Assembly (NCBI RefSeq): GCF_902713615.1
Contig: NC_052154.1
Coordinates: 39,171,017 to 39,235,016 of the forward strand
Direction: 5' to 3'
DNA length: 64,000 bases
From: Scyliorhinus canicula
Lineage: Eukaryota
In this document: positions 24,609 through 36,543 of the stretch, piece after piece
Numbering within the stretch: the stretch's first letter is position 1
Layout of the letters: every line of letters begins with the position of its first letter
Made by a program: the position numbers and the translations under genes
Notes under the pieces: model-generated
Database searches by the model: none
The model's input: the letters and a program-made list of their open reading frames with translations, nothing else
Told to the model about the DNA's origin: nothing

Positions 24609-24828
24609 TTTTATTCTATTTATAAATTTAGAATACCCAATTCATTTTTCCCAATTAAGGGGACCAATCCACCTAGCCTGCATATCTTTGGGTTGTGGGA
24701 GCAAAATCCACGCAAACATGGGGAGAATTTACAAATTCCACACAAACAGTGACCTAGAGCCGGGATCGAACCTGGGGCCTCGGCATTGTGAGGCAGCAGT
24801 GCCAACCACTGCACCACTGTGCTGCCCA
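24609..24828 (-). mobile_element. type-A V-SINE with 14-bp TSD (1 mismatch)
   Basis: TGCTGA(G/A)CCAATCT at 24595-24608 and 24829-24842. Confidence 0.88.
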
Positions 24829-25262
24829 TGCTGAACCAATCTAACAGCACTTACAAAATTCCTCATTATCTGAAAACAGATTTTATCATAGAAGCATACA
24901 TCAATTTCACCACTTACAAAAACTCCCTCTTCGGAATCTGAAGAGAAGAAACACTACTTTCATATGGAGAGATGGGAGTAAAAAAAAGGAAGAAACTAAT
25001 AGAACATTATCTGCACATGTTTCCTGGTATCAGGCAAGTAGTTGAGGACCAATTAGGATTTTTTTCAAGAGTTGATTTGAGTTAGATTGTGAGATACAAA
25101 CTAAAATCTAAAAGGAAGCAAAGGACAGCTGCTAATGGTACCAGTTCAGGTTATATTTTCAAAGCTTTAATTGGTGTCTCTGGGGAATAACGCCAATGAA
25201 GCTTGGATATTAATATTTGCATGGGGATGAAAATTAGGATTAAATATATTGATAGATTTCAG

Positions 25263-25566
25263 GAAGCACAGGTAGCACAGTGGGTAGCACTGCTGCTTCA
25301 CAGCTCCAGGGTCCCAGGTTTGATTCCTGGCTTGGGTCACTGTCTGTGTGGAGTCTGCTCATTCTCCGTGTCTGCATGGGTTTCCTCCGGGTGTTCCGGT
25401 TTCCTCTCACAAGTCTCGAAAGACATGCTGTTAGGTAATTTGGACATTTTGAATTCTCCCTCTGTGTACCCGAACAGGTGCCAGAATGTGATGACTAGGG
25501 GGCTTTTCACAGTAACTTAATTACAGTGTTAATGTAAGCCTACTTGTCACAATAAAAAAAAGATTA
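25263..25566 (+). mobile_element. type-B V-SINE
   Basis: Same structure as 1365-1662. Confidence 0.85.
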
Positions 25567-25852
25567 AAATGTGCAATTGTTCATGATTAGTAATACTGCT
25601 GCTTGCTCCTGATGTGAATGTCTCATGCAGTTAAGTGTTTTTTGGCCAGCAAACATACCAGATTATTTGAGGCTGAATATTAAGATTGTTTGTACCTGCC
25701 GTCTGACACCTGTGTGCGTTCCCAAGCTGCTTTTGGATAAAGTTTGGCACAGCACGGGTACCAATTTATTTGATGAGCACATTTCAATGGTGGGAGAGTG
25801 AATGTATTGACTTAGAAGTTACTGAGCTCAATGCTGTTAAAAGTCTACATTA

Positions 25853-26047
<195 letters not shown>

Positions 26048-26291
26048 TCATTAGAAAGTTAAAAGGAGTTTTAATACTTGTTCAAATTTTACTAACAAAT
26101 TGTTTCAAAAATATTTGATAAAGAAGAAAGTAGATTTCTATTGTGCACAATAAATTATAAAAAAGCATCTGCAGTATTAAAATACAATTCACTTTGTAGT
26201 GATGTTTTCAATAAATGTTTTACTTTTGAAATTAAAGAGTTTTAATCTTTCAGCTGCAACAATATTATTGAAGGAAGGATAATATTTCAAC

Positions 26292-26510
26292 CTCCTCTTG
26301 GTTGGCGACTCTCATCTTCATGTCGCTTATGATTGTCTTTTTCCAGTCGTTCCACTTTATACTTCATCCTTTCGAGCTGTTGCGTCAGGCTGTAAGCCTG
26401 TTGGGCAATGACCTGATTTTCAGAAACCAATGTTTGGTTTCTTTCCTTTAGTTCTTGTAACAGCTCCTTTCGGATCTCCATCAGATCTCGGTTAGCTTTA
26501 ACTGTTAAAT
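26292..26510 (-). CDS. CEP89: CEP89 coding exon (219 nt, (D)LTVKANRDLMEIRKELLQELKERNQ...ESRQPRG)
   Basis: ctgcag| ... G|gttgaa. Open coiled-coil frame; phase 1/1 joins the next exon as G|AT = D. Confidence 0.9.
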
Positions 26511-27610
26511 CTGCAGTATCACAAATACAACATCATTTCACATTTAACACACCAAAACAAAGGATAACAATATGCATATCCATGAAAATAATTCAAACCT
26601 ATATACAACATTTGAAAATTTTAGATTAAGTTAAATCACATGCATATTTTACATAGTTTTTAGGACGTTATTTCTGCTGCACCATAGATTTGTGTGACCA
26701 AAATACACCAAAGTGTTAAAATTATTCTTAGTTTGAAATAAAAGCCATTTGCATTGCATTTTGCGTGCTCCCCTTATATACCCCTCCTTAAAACCTCTTT
26801 GTTCAAGCTTTTGGTTATCTTCTCCAATATGAGATATGAATCAAAATAATTTCTTGACATACCTGTCTGCATAGAGTTCAAAGGACAATCTCAATAAAAT
26901 ATTTAATGTCAATCTAAGTCAACATTGCTAAAAACGTATAACTGAATTCCTCCTTTACATGGATTTTTTCTTTTAAATTGCAGTTGAGAATCTACTTGTA
27001 ATTTGTAGTAGATTGATTTGAGATTTATATAAATGAGTAAAAATACATTTTTCTAAATCAGTCATTTAAACATGGCTAACAGTTGCAAAGAATAATTAAA
27101 ATATGTTAATCATCCAGAAAGATTCATAAACAATAGTTCTTTATAAGTTGTCATTTGTAAGGTTATGTAATGTAATTCAATACATGACTAGTTCTGATAG
27201 GAACGTTTGTTGGATGGGGTGAGTAATTGAAACCAGTTGAATACTCAGCTACCAAATACAAGATAATAAGCTCTAATTCCAGGTCCACCTACATTTAAAT
27301 TTTCTTACTTCAATGACTAGATTTTCATAATTTCTGAACAACTATAAATAATGGAATGACCAATATCCAGAAATTACACACGGAATGTGACAACATATTC
27401 TATCATTCCACGTTTCAATTTTTGGTCTGTGCCAATTAATCACAAGCTAGTGGCAGCTAGAGTATCACAATTGGCCTCATTGTTCATCATTGTCATTGTT
27501 TCTCATTTTCAAATAAGGAAAACCCTCACCCAACAATGGATCACAAGGTAATTGGTCCAATACTGTACATTTGATTACGGTATATTTTATGATTAAAATT
27601 GCTCTCCCAC

Positions 27611-27715
27611 CTGGTTGCGTCTCCTCTGAAATTATTTTTATTTTTGATTTCTTCTTTTTTCGAGTTGAAGAAGATGGTGTTCTGGGGCTTTCAATGCTCA
27701 TGCTGTTCTTCAAAG
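27611..27715 (-). CDS. CEP89: probable CEP89 coding exon (105 nt, (A)LKNSMSIESPRTPSSSTRKKKKSKIKIISEETQP)
   Basis: ttgttcttcag| ... CAG|gtggga. Open frame, phase 1/1 fits both neighbours. Poorly conserved region, so homology support is weak. Confidence 0.7.
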
Positions 27716-28387
27716 CTGAAGAACAAGGTGTTATTATCAAAAGCAGCAATTGCATCTCTGCTGTTGATACTGACAATACCATTTTAAGACATCTTTTCTT
27801 CAAACAGTGTAAATAAAAGCTCAGCAAAGAAGAAGTTATCAATCACACGTCAGTTTCAATTAGTATGTAAACTCCTTCTTTAGTTATCTGCCAGAAGGCA
27901 GACCCACAGCCTCTACCATGGACAAGGAAGCAAGTCCCAAATTCACCCCGACTGGAATGGGGGTCAAACGCCGTGCTGTTAACACCAATCTGACCAATAA
28001 TCAGCTAACCAGCCAGCCACACCTCATTCCCTACCAAGACAAAGGAGGCATTTTCGGTAAGGTTGCAAAAAAAAAAAAGGTAAAAGTAAAGGGAGAAGAA
28101 AGCAGAGAATCAAGAACTGCATTAATCACAGACAGAGAATTGAGGTTGAAATGACCTTTGGATATATTTTACAATTGACCTCTTCGTAAAAAACACTATA
28201 TAAATGTAAGGCTTTTTTCCCCTTCTAGTCCGTTATTGAGGGTTGCAATATTCTGTCCATTTGAGGCAAAAAGCCACTTCTATTTCCTCTAAGTTCCTCC
28301 CTTCATTCCCACTCTGGCTTCAATCTCATAACATTATTCAAACAGAGCTCAACACATGTTTCAAGTACAGTATCTTCTCTTTCTGTG

Positions 28388-28795
28388 TGACAAAGCAGTC
28401 CACTTGATCAGCACCCATCCACCACCAATGCACAATGGCAGTAGTGTGCACCATCTTCAAAATGTGCTGCAGTGCCTCACCAATCCTACTTCAACAGCAT
28501 CTTCAAAAAGCCACAACCTCTACCACCTAGAAGGACAAGGGCATGAGATGCAGGGAACACCATCATCTGCAAGTTCCCTTCAAGCACACACCATCCCGAC
28601 TTCGAATTAATATCAATGTTCCTTCACTGTGGGTGGGTTAAAAACCTGAAACTCCTTTCTTAACAGCACTGTAGATGTATATATACCTCATGGACTACAA
28701 TGCTTCAAGGCGGTGGCTGGGCTTGCCAAGGACATCTAAGGATGCACAATAAACACTGACCTCACCAGCAGTACTCACATCCCAAGCAATAATCT
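28388..28795 (+). mobile_element. 3' end of a CR1/L2-group LINE, probably the family at 1968-4750
   Basis: Tail caaggacatctaaggatgcacaataaa...cacatccc, shared with 15558-15653 and ~58930-58990. Confidence 0.65.
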
Positions 28796-29154
28796 TTAAA
28801 AACCTCCCCAGACTGCTAAACAATTACTTTATTAACTTCAGAGTTTTCTATAATACTTCATTCCCTTTACAGCAGGGGTGCTTGTGATGTGGGGTGAGTC
28901 GTCTTCCAATTTTGGTCTTTCACACATACCACCCATATCTGTTCCACATCAGTAGCAGAGCCTTTAGTGGTCTCACACATGCATTCTGGAATGTTCTTCG
29001 CAAATCCTTCCATCCAGCCATTTCACTGCCTACTTTAAAATGTTTCCCCAAAACTGCCTTCTGATTTCCTCCGCAATGTCACTTCTCTTGCGAATGCTTT
29101 GGAAGATCTTCCTATGTTAAAAGCACTTAAACTACATTTTTGCTTCTATTCTCT

Positions 29155-29324
29155 GGGCGGGATTCTCTGCCGATGGGATTCTCCGATTTGCCGGTACCCG
29201 GGGGTTTCCCGACGGCATGGGGCTGCCCCAAAATGGGAAACCCCATTGACCGGCCGGCGTAACGGAAAATCCTGCCGGTGGGTCGAGGCTGAAAAAAGGC
29301 GTGCCGGGGCGGAGAATCCAGCCC
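29155..29324. mobile_element. MITE (PIF/Harbinger-like)
   Basis: GGGCGGGATTCTC ... GAGAATCCAGCCC inverted ends. Confidence 0.75.
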
Positions 29325-29751
29325 ACTATCTTTCTCCAGGTGTCAAATTCTCACCCTTCATTCTAGACTTTTTCTTGCTCCCACATTAACTTTCAGCTAT
29401 TCTCCAATTCCTGTCAGCAAATCTTTACTCTCCGTATCCTGTAAATGTCTGCTTGTTAAACCTTCTCTTTTGACCTGCTATGTGTCTGTCTGTCTGATTT
29501 GAAGCTGCATCTTCTCTCTGATTTGCAGATCACAAAATCAATCCCAGTGCCTAAATATCCAATGTAGTCTTGTCCCAATCCACTGGCCAGGATATCAACT
29601 GGGGCTTCCGGTTGCGGCTATGACCAGCTAAGTCGCACGTTTGGCTGCTCCTGCTACAAAGGTGTTTTCGGGCCGATTGGAGGGCCCCAACGGCGCTGTA
29701 AGGACAAATCCCGGTGGGGGAAGGCTCCCTGAAGAGAACCAGACCAACTTT

Positions 29752-30597
29752 ATGGTCGGTACCCGGAGTGGGGCGGTAAAGAAAGCAACAGCAGCTCCCA
29801 AAAAAAAGCGGGGGAAGAAGACTAAAATGGCGGCCGGTGGCGCACCCGAGGAATGGAGGAAATGGGCGGAGGAGCAGCAGGCCGCTCTCCTGCGCTTCTT
29901 TACGGAGCTGAAAATGGAGCTCTTGGAGTCAATGAATGCGACGACCACCAGGCTGATGGGAGCCCAGGCGACCCAAGAGGCGTCGATTCGGGAGCTGCAA
30001 CAGGAGATGACTGTGAGGGAGGAGGAGGCCACGGTCCTCGTGGGAAAGGTAGAGGTGCACGAGGCACTCCACCTGAAATGGCAGAGCCGTTTTGAGGAGC
30101 TGGATACCCGAATGAGGCGGAAGAACCTGAGGATCTTGGGCCTGGCAGAAGGCCTGGAGGGGTCAGACCTCCCGGGATATGTAGCAGAAATGCTGAGCTC
30201 CCTGATGGGGGCAGGGGCCGTCCCTTCGCCCCTGGAGCTGGAAGAGGCCTACAGGGTCATGGCTAGGAGGCCAAGAGCAAATGAGCCCCCGAGGGCGGTG
30301 CTGGTGCGGTTCCAGCGACTCAGCGACAGTGAGAGAGTGCTGGAGTGGGCCAAGAGGGAAAGGAGCAGCAAGTGGGAGAATTCGACGGTGAGGGTCTACC
30401 AGGACTGGAGTGCGGAGGTGGCAAAGCGGCGGGCCCGGTACAACCGGACGAAGGCGGTGCTACATGCAAAACGGATCAGGTTCGGAATGCTGCAGCCAGC
30501 GCGCTTGTGGGTCACCTACAGGAACCAACACCACTATTTTGAGTCCCCAGAGGAGGCGTGGGCCTTTGTACAGGAAGAGAAACTGGACTCGAATTAG
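29752..30597 (+). CDS. L1 ORF1p (coiled coil + RRM + CTD); alternative start at 29827
   Basis: RRKNLRILGLAEGLEG, PRAVLVRF and VYQDWSAEVAKRR motifs of L1 ORF1. Confidence 0.9.
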   Translation: MVGTRSGAVKKATAAPKKKRGKKTKMAAGGAPEEWRKWAEEQQAALLRFFTELKMELLESMNATTTRLMGAQATQEASIRELQQEMTVREEEATVLVGKVEVHEALHLKWQSRFEELDTRMRRKNLRILGLAEGLEGSDLPGYVAEMLSSLMGAGAVPSPLELEEAYRVMARRPRANEPPRAVLVRFQRLSDSERVLEWAKRERSSKWENSTVRVYQDWSAEVAKRRARYNRTKAVLHAKRIRFGMLQPARLWVTYRNQHHYFESPEEAWAFVQEEKLDSN

Positions 30598-31369
30598 ACC
30601 CAGGGGATACTTGGCGGCCGTAGCCGCTCGGGTACTTTCAGCTGAATTCTTTGTTTGGATTTTGAACTCTTGCTGTGGTTTTTCTTCTGATGTTTTTTCC
30701 CCCTTTGCCAACTTCCCTTAGTTATTGTTATTGTGGTTATTCATGGTTATTTATGGTTATTTATGCTGTTTGGTAGAGGGCGACTGTTAAGTACATTGTT
30801 ATTTGTTATTTATCTGTTATTATAATGTTAAGTTGGGGAGGTGGGACGGGGGGGAGAGCAGATCGGGGATATGGGCCCCTAGGGGGGGTTCTTTTACAGG
30901 CATGGACGGGGACAGGGGTGGAACTGAAGATGGCGGGGTGGGGTGTGGCAGGGCGAAAGCGCGGGCTTTCCTCTGTTTTCCCGCGCGCGGGGCAGAGGAG
31001 GGGGGAGGGGAGGAGTGCGGGGCGTGGCTAGCAATGGCGACCTTTCCCGCGCTGGAGCGGGGCCAGGGAGGAGTGGCAAGGGGGGGGAGGCCCCCCCCCC
31101 CCGAGCCGGGGGGAGTCGGAGTGTGGCAGGAGCAGCCGGGTCAGCGTGAACCAGCTGACTTACGGGAGTACGATGGAGGGTACATCGCGGCTAGGAGGGG
31201 TCCTAGCCTGGGGGGGGGGGGGGGAGGGGGGTTAGGGAGGGACACCGGGTTGCTGCTGAAAAGACCAGAAACGGGAAGTGGAGGACTGGAGAGGTGGGGG
31301 GAGGGGGACATCGCCATGGGGAGCAGGTCAGAAGGGGAGGGTCGACCCGGGGCGAGCAGGGAACAGGAC

Positions 31370-34300
31370 ATGGCTAATCGGCAGGGGAAGGGGGCGGGTC
31401 GTCCCGCGACCCGGCTGATTACTTGGAACGTGAGGGGGTTGAATGGGCCGGTCAAGAGATCAAGGGTATTCTCACACCTGAAGGGACTGAAGGCTGATGT
31501 AGCAATGTTACAGGAGACCCATTTGAAGGTAGTGGACCAGGTTCGCCTGAGAAGGGGGTGGGTGGGACAGGTGTTCCACTCTGGATTGGACGCAAAGAAC
31601 CGGGGGGGTGGCGATTCTGGTGGGAAAGAGGGTGTCGTTCGTGGCGGAGGAGGTGGTGGCGGATAAGGAGGGTAGGTATGTGATGGTGAAGGGTAAGCTG
31701 CAGGGGGAGAAAGTGGTGATGGTCAACGTATATGCCCCGAACTGGGATGACGCGGGTTTTATGAGGCGCCTATTGGGCCTCATTCCGGGACTGGAGGCAG
31801 GGGGCTTGATCATGGGGGGGGACTTTAACACAGTGCTGGACCCCGGGCTAGACAGATCGAGCTCAAGGACCAATAGGAGGCCGGCAGCGGCAGAAGTGCT
31901 GAGGGGGTACATGGAGCAGATGGGAGGAGTAGACCCATGGAGGTTTGGTAGGCCGAGGGCGAGGGAGTATTCCTTTTTCTCCCACGTCCATAGAGTGTAC
32001 TCCAGAATCGATTTCTTCGTGTTGAGCAGGGGGCTGATCCCGAGGGTACGGGAAGCTGAGTACTCGGCCATTGCGATCTCTGATCATGCACCGCATTGGG
32101 TGGATGTGGAAATGGGGGAGGCGCGGGACCAGCGCCCGCTGTGGCGGCTGGATGTGGGGCTGTTAGCGGACGACGAGGTGTGTAAAAGGGTCCGGAAGAG
32201 CATTGAGAGCTATCTGGACTTGAATGACACGGGTGAGGTGCAGGTGGGGATGGTCTGGGAGGCCCTGAAGGCAGTGATCAGGGGAGAGCTGATCTCCATA
32301 AGGGCGCACAGAGAAAGAAAGGAGAGGCAGGAGAGGGAGAGGCTGGTGGGGGAGCTATTGGAAGTGGATAGGAGATATGCGGAGGCACCAGAGGAGGTGC
32401 TGCTGGGAGAACGGCGCAGCCTGCAGGTCAAGTTCGACCTGCTGACCACCAGGAAGGCAGAGACGCAGTGGAGAAGGGCACAGGGCGCGGTCTATGAGTA
32501 TGGGGAAAAGGCGAGCAGGATGCTGGCACACCAGCTTCGCAAACGAGATGCGGCTAGGGAGATTGGGGGAGTGAAGGAGAGGGGCGGGAAGGTAGTGCAG
32601 AAGGGGCAAGAAGTGAACGGGGTCTTCAGGGATTTTTACAAGGAGTTGTATCGGTCTGAGCCGCCGACGAGGAGAGGGGGAATGGAGGACTTCCTAAACA
32701 AATTGAGGTTCCCAAGGGTCCAGGAGGGGCTGGTAGAAGGGCTGGGGGCGCCAATAGGGCTAGAGGAGCTAGTCAAGGGAATAGGTCAGATGCAAGCGGG
32801 GAAGGCGCCGGGGCCAGATGGGTTCCCGGTGGAATTCTATAAGAAAAATGTGGTCTTGGTGGGACCGGTACTGGTACGAGCCTTTAATGAGGCGCGAGAG
32901 GGGGGGGTTCTGCCCCCGACAATGTCGCAGGCTCTGATCTCCCTGATATTGAAGCGGGATAAAGACCCCGTGCAGTGCGGGTCCTACAGGCCTATCTCGC
33001 TTCTGAACGTGGATGCCAAGTTGCTGGCAAAGATCCTGGCAGCTAGAATAGAGGATTGTGTGCCAGGGGTAATCCATGAGGACCAGACGGGGTTCGTGAA
33101 GGGGCGGCAGCTCAACACGAACGTGCGGAGATTGCTGAATGTAATTATGATGCCGGCAGTGGAGGGGGAGGCTGAGATAGTGGTAGCGCTGGACGCGGAG
33201 AAGGCATTCGATAGGGTGGAGTGGGAGTACCTGTGGGAGACGTTGGAACGGTTTGGGTTTGGGGAAGGGTTTATTAAGTGGGTGAAGTTGCTCTACTCGG
33301 CCCCAACGGCGAGTGTAGTGACAAACGGGAGGAGGTCGGAGTATTTCGGGCTCCACCGAGGGACCAGGCAGGGATGTCCCCTATCCCCCCTACTTTTCGC
33401 ACTGGCGATTGAACCGTTGGCGATGGCACTGAGGGGTTCAGGGGGGTGGAGAGGACTGACTAGGGGAGGGGAGGAACATCGAGTATCGCTGTATGCGGAT
33501 GATCTACTGCTGTACGTGGCAGACCCAGAAGGGGGAATGCCGGAGATAATGGAACTATTAGCAGAGTTTGGGGACTTTTCGGGGTACAAACTAAATTTGG
33601 GCAAAAGCGAGGTTTTTGTGATACACCCGGGGGACCAGGGAGAGGGTATTGGGAGACTCCCCTTCAAGCGAGCAGGAAAGAGCTTTAGGTACTTAGGGGT
33701 GCAGGTGGCAAGGAACTGGGGGACCCTCCACAAGTTGAACTTTTCCAGGCTGGTGGAACAGATGGAGGAGGAATTTAAGAGGTGGGACATGGTACCGTTG
33801 TCGCTGGCGGGGAGGGTGCAGTCAATCAAAATGACGGTCCTCCCAAGGTTCTTGTTTTTATTTCAGTGCTTGCCCATCTTCCTCCCTAGGGCCTTCTTCA
33901 AAAAGGTGACGAGTAGCATCATGAGCTACGTGTGGGCGCATGGCACCCCAAGGGTGAGGAGGGTCTTTTTGGAGCGGAGTAGGGACAGTGGAGGGCTGGC
34001 ACTGCCCAATCTCTCGGGGTACTACTGGGCGGCAAATGTGTCAATGGTGCGCAAGTGGATGATGGAAGGGGAGGGGGCAGCTTGGAAACGAATGGAGAGG
34101 GCGTCCTGTGGCAACACAAGCCTGGGGGCCCTAGTAACGGCACCATGGCCGCTCCCCCCCACGAGGTACACCACGAGCCCAGTGGTGGCGGCCACCCTCA
34201 AGATATGGGGGCAGTGGAGGCGACATAGGGGGGAAATGGGAGGTCTGTTGGCGGCGCCAATAAGAGGGAACCATAGATTCATCCCGGGGAACATCGACGG

Positions 34301-35165
34301 GGGATTTCAGAGCTGGTACAGGGTGGGCATACGGCAGCTGAAGGACCTGTTTATAGAGGGGAGGTTTGCGAGCCTGGGAGGGCTGGAGGAGAAGTTTGAG
34401 CTCCCCCCGGGAAACATGTTCAGATATTTACAAGTGAAGGCATTTGCTAGGCGGCAGGTGGAGGGGTTTCCCCTGCTCCCCAGTAAGGGGGCGAGTGATA
34501 GGGTGCTCTCGGGGGTCTGGGTCGGAGGGGGGAAGATATCAGACATCTACAAGATAATGCAGGAGGCGGAAGCAGCATCAGGGGAGGAGCTGAAAGCCAA
34601 GTGGGAAGGGGAGCTGGGAGAGCAGATAGAAGACGGGACGTGGGCGGATGCACTGGAGAAGGTCAACTCTTCCTCCTCGTGTGCGAGACTGAGCCTCATT
34701 CAATTTAAGGTGCTGCATAGAGCTCACATGACGGGGACAAGGATGAGCCGGTTCTTTGGGGGTGAGGACAGGTGTGTCAGATGTCTGGGAAGCCCAGCGA
34801 ACCATGTGCATATGTTCTGGGCATGTCCGGTGCTGGAAGGGTTCTGGAAGGGGGTGGCAAGGACGGTGTCGAAGGTGGTGGGGTCCAGGGTCAAACCAGG
34901 ATGGGGGCTTGCGATCTTTGGGGTCGGGGTAGAACCGGGGGTACAGGAGGCTAGGGAGGCCGGAATACTGGCCTTTGCGTCCCTACTGGTTCGACGAAGG
35001 ATATTAATTCAATGGAAGGACGCGAGGCCTCCAAGCGTTGAAACTTGGATTAACGATATGGCTAGCTATATTCAGCTAGAAAGGATCAAATTTGCCCTGA
35101 GAGGGTCGGTACAGGGATTCGCCAGGCGGTGGCAACCTTTCCTTGACTTTTTAGATCAGAGATAG
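31370..35165 (+). CDS. L1 ORF2p (APE endonuclease, RT, CCHC) with a +1 frameshift in the G-run at 31602-31608
   Basis: LITWNVRGLN, LQETH, GGDFN, SDH, YRPISLLN, QGCPLSP, YADD, C..C...H....C. Removing one G gives a single 1264-aa frame. Confidence 0.92.
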
Positions 35166-35191
35166 ACGTTCGGGGTCGTGGCAGCAGCAAC

Positions 35192-35224
<33 letters not shown>

Positions 35225-35735
35225 GAGGGGGAGGGGGGGGGAGGGGAGGGGGGGGGCAGCAAGGGTCGTGGGGGGACATGCACGACTGTAACGCGGGCAA
35301 GTCTGCTCGCTGCTCATGTCTGAAACTGTAGGCTGCCTTGTTTGTTAAGGTTGCCTGGGGGGGGGGGAGGACTGGTGCGCGCGAGAGGGCGGGCGAGGGA
35401 GGGACATTTGCCTAGAGGGACTGTGTTGTAAATAATTTAAAAATTAGTAGGGGTAAATGTCTGTATGGAAAAACTCTTTCAATAAAAATTATTTTAAAAA
35501 AAAAGGATATCAACTGGTACTTCAATCTTTATAATAACTTGCATTTTCCCTGTCTGACAGCCTAATATGTGATACTGCAGTTTTCTGATTAATTTATACA
35601 GGATGTTCTTTTTATCTTCACATTAGTGCACTATTACTAATGTGATTGGCACCTAAAGCATATACTTATTGTACTTAAAAAGCTTCTGTGTGATACAGCT
35701 GATTAAAAGGAAATAAAGACACTGACTAGCATTAC

Positions 35736-35790
35736 CTGGGACTGGACTGGACTCCTGAATTGCTTGCTCTGTTTCAATTACTTGTTGTCC
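35736..35790 (-). CDS. CEP89: probable CEP89 coding exon (55 nt, GQQVIETEQAIQESSPVP)
   Basis: ttttgatttcag| ... CAG|gtaatg. Phase 0/1 is needed to link the 26-nt exon to the downstream phase-1 exons. Confidence 0.75.
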
Positions 35791-35884
35791 CTGAAATCAA
35801 AATTAATAATATTTTTAAAACTTTATTTCACAAAACCAATTTGCATGTGGAACTATTGCCACTTTAACCTATTATGCCTCCTCT

Positions 35885-36062
35885 GAAATGAAATGAAAAT
35901 CGCTTATTGTCACAAGTAGGCTTCAAATGAAGTTACTGTGAAAAGCCCCTAGTCATCACATTCCGGCGCCTGTTCGGGGAGGCTGGTACAGGAATTGAAC
36001 CTGGCCTGCCTCGGTCTGCTTTCAAAGCCAGCTATTTAGCCCAGTGTGCTAAACCAGTCCCT
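35885..36062 (-). mobile_element. short tRNA-headed SINE lacking the V-domain, with type-B tail and (TTTCA)n end
   Basis: Head with ggttcaattcc joined to ccccgaacaggcgccggaatgtg...cctacttgtgacaataag. Copies at 37631-37810 and 58352-58478. Confidence 0.8.
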
Positions 36063-36543
36063 GGATACCAGCCTCTGCAATACACCCGTGGCAATATTAC
36101 ATATTTTTTATAACTTTCAACCCACAAGAGATGGTCATTGGACAGTGACATAGTCTATTATTTTACCAATTAAGTCCAATAACTTACCAAAGAAATATTC
36201 TTTGAAGAACACATTACAGACTACTGCAAAGTTGTCATATGAATGCTCAATCCACTCATATCAAATTATTTATTATTTAAAATAAGGATTACCTCATTTA
36301 TAATATATTTAAAGGATAATAAAGCTCTGAGCAATTTCTGAGTCAATATGTGGTTGAAAATTGAGTCAAGCTTTATAGTGATACAGTTGATATGTTGCAG
36401 CTGTAGCATGTGGGCTTGACAAATTTCATCCCAGAGTTGATCAGCTGGCGCCCAAGGTTTGAATATTGTTAATCATTCGGGGGGGGCTATTTACAGAACA
36501 CTTTGTACTCCTTAGGTACTTCAGATTTAATCTGTGATCAGGA

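Larger units (their letters stand above)
29603..35503 (+). mobile_element. full-length L1-clade LINE with TSD
   Basis: TSD AGGATATCAACTGG at 29589-29602 and 35504-35517; ORF1, ORF2, G-rich 3'UTR, AATAAA and A-tail. Confidence 0.96.

Noticed and set aside
26860-26890. Donor-like CAG|gtatg on minus as another CEP89 exon
   Set aside because: No convincing acceptor or open exon, and it is not needed for frame continuity.
30803-31666. 287-aa ORF between L1 ORF1 and ORF2 as a third protein
   Set aside because: Its 3' part is the true ORF2 N-terminus before the G-run frameshift. The upstream part is Gly-rich read-through of G-rich spacer with a non-ATG start.
31141-35283. Many antisense ORFs of 60-195 aa over the L1
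   Set aside because: Shadows of a GC-rich coding strand with no recognisable motifs.
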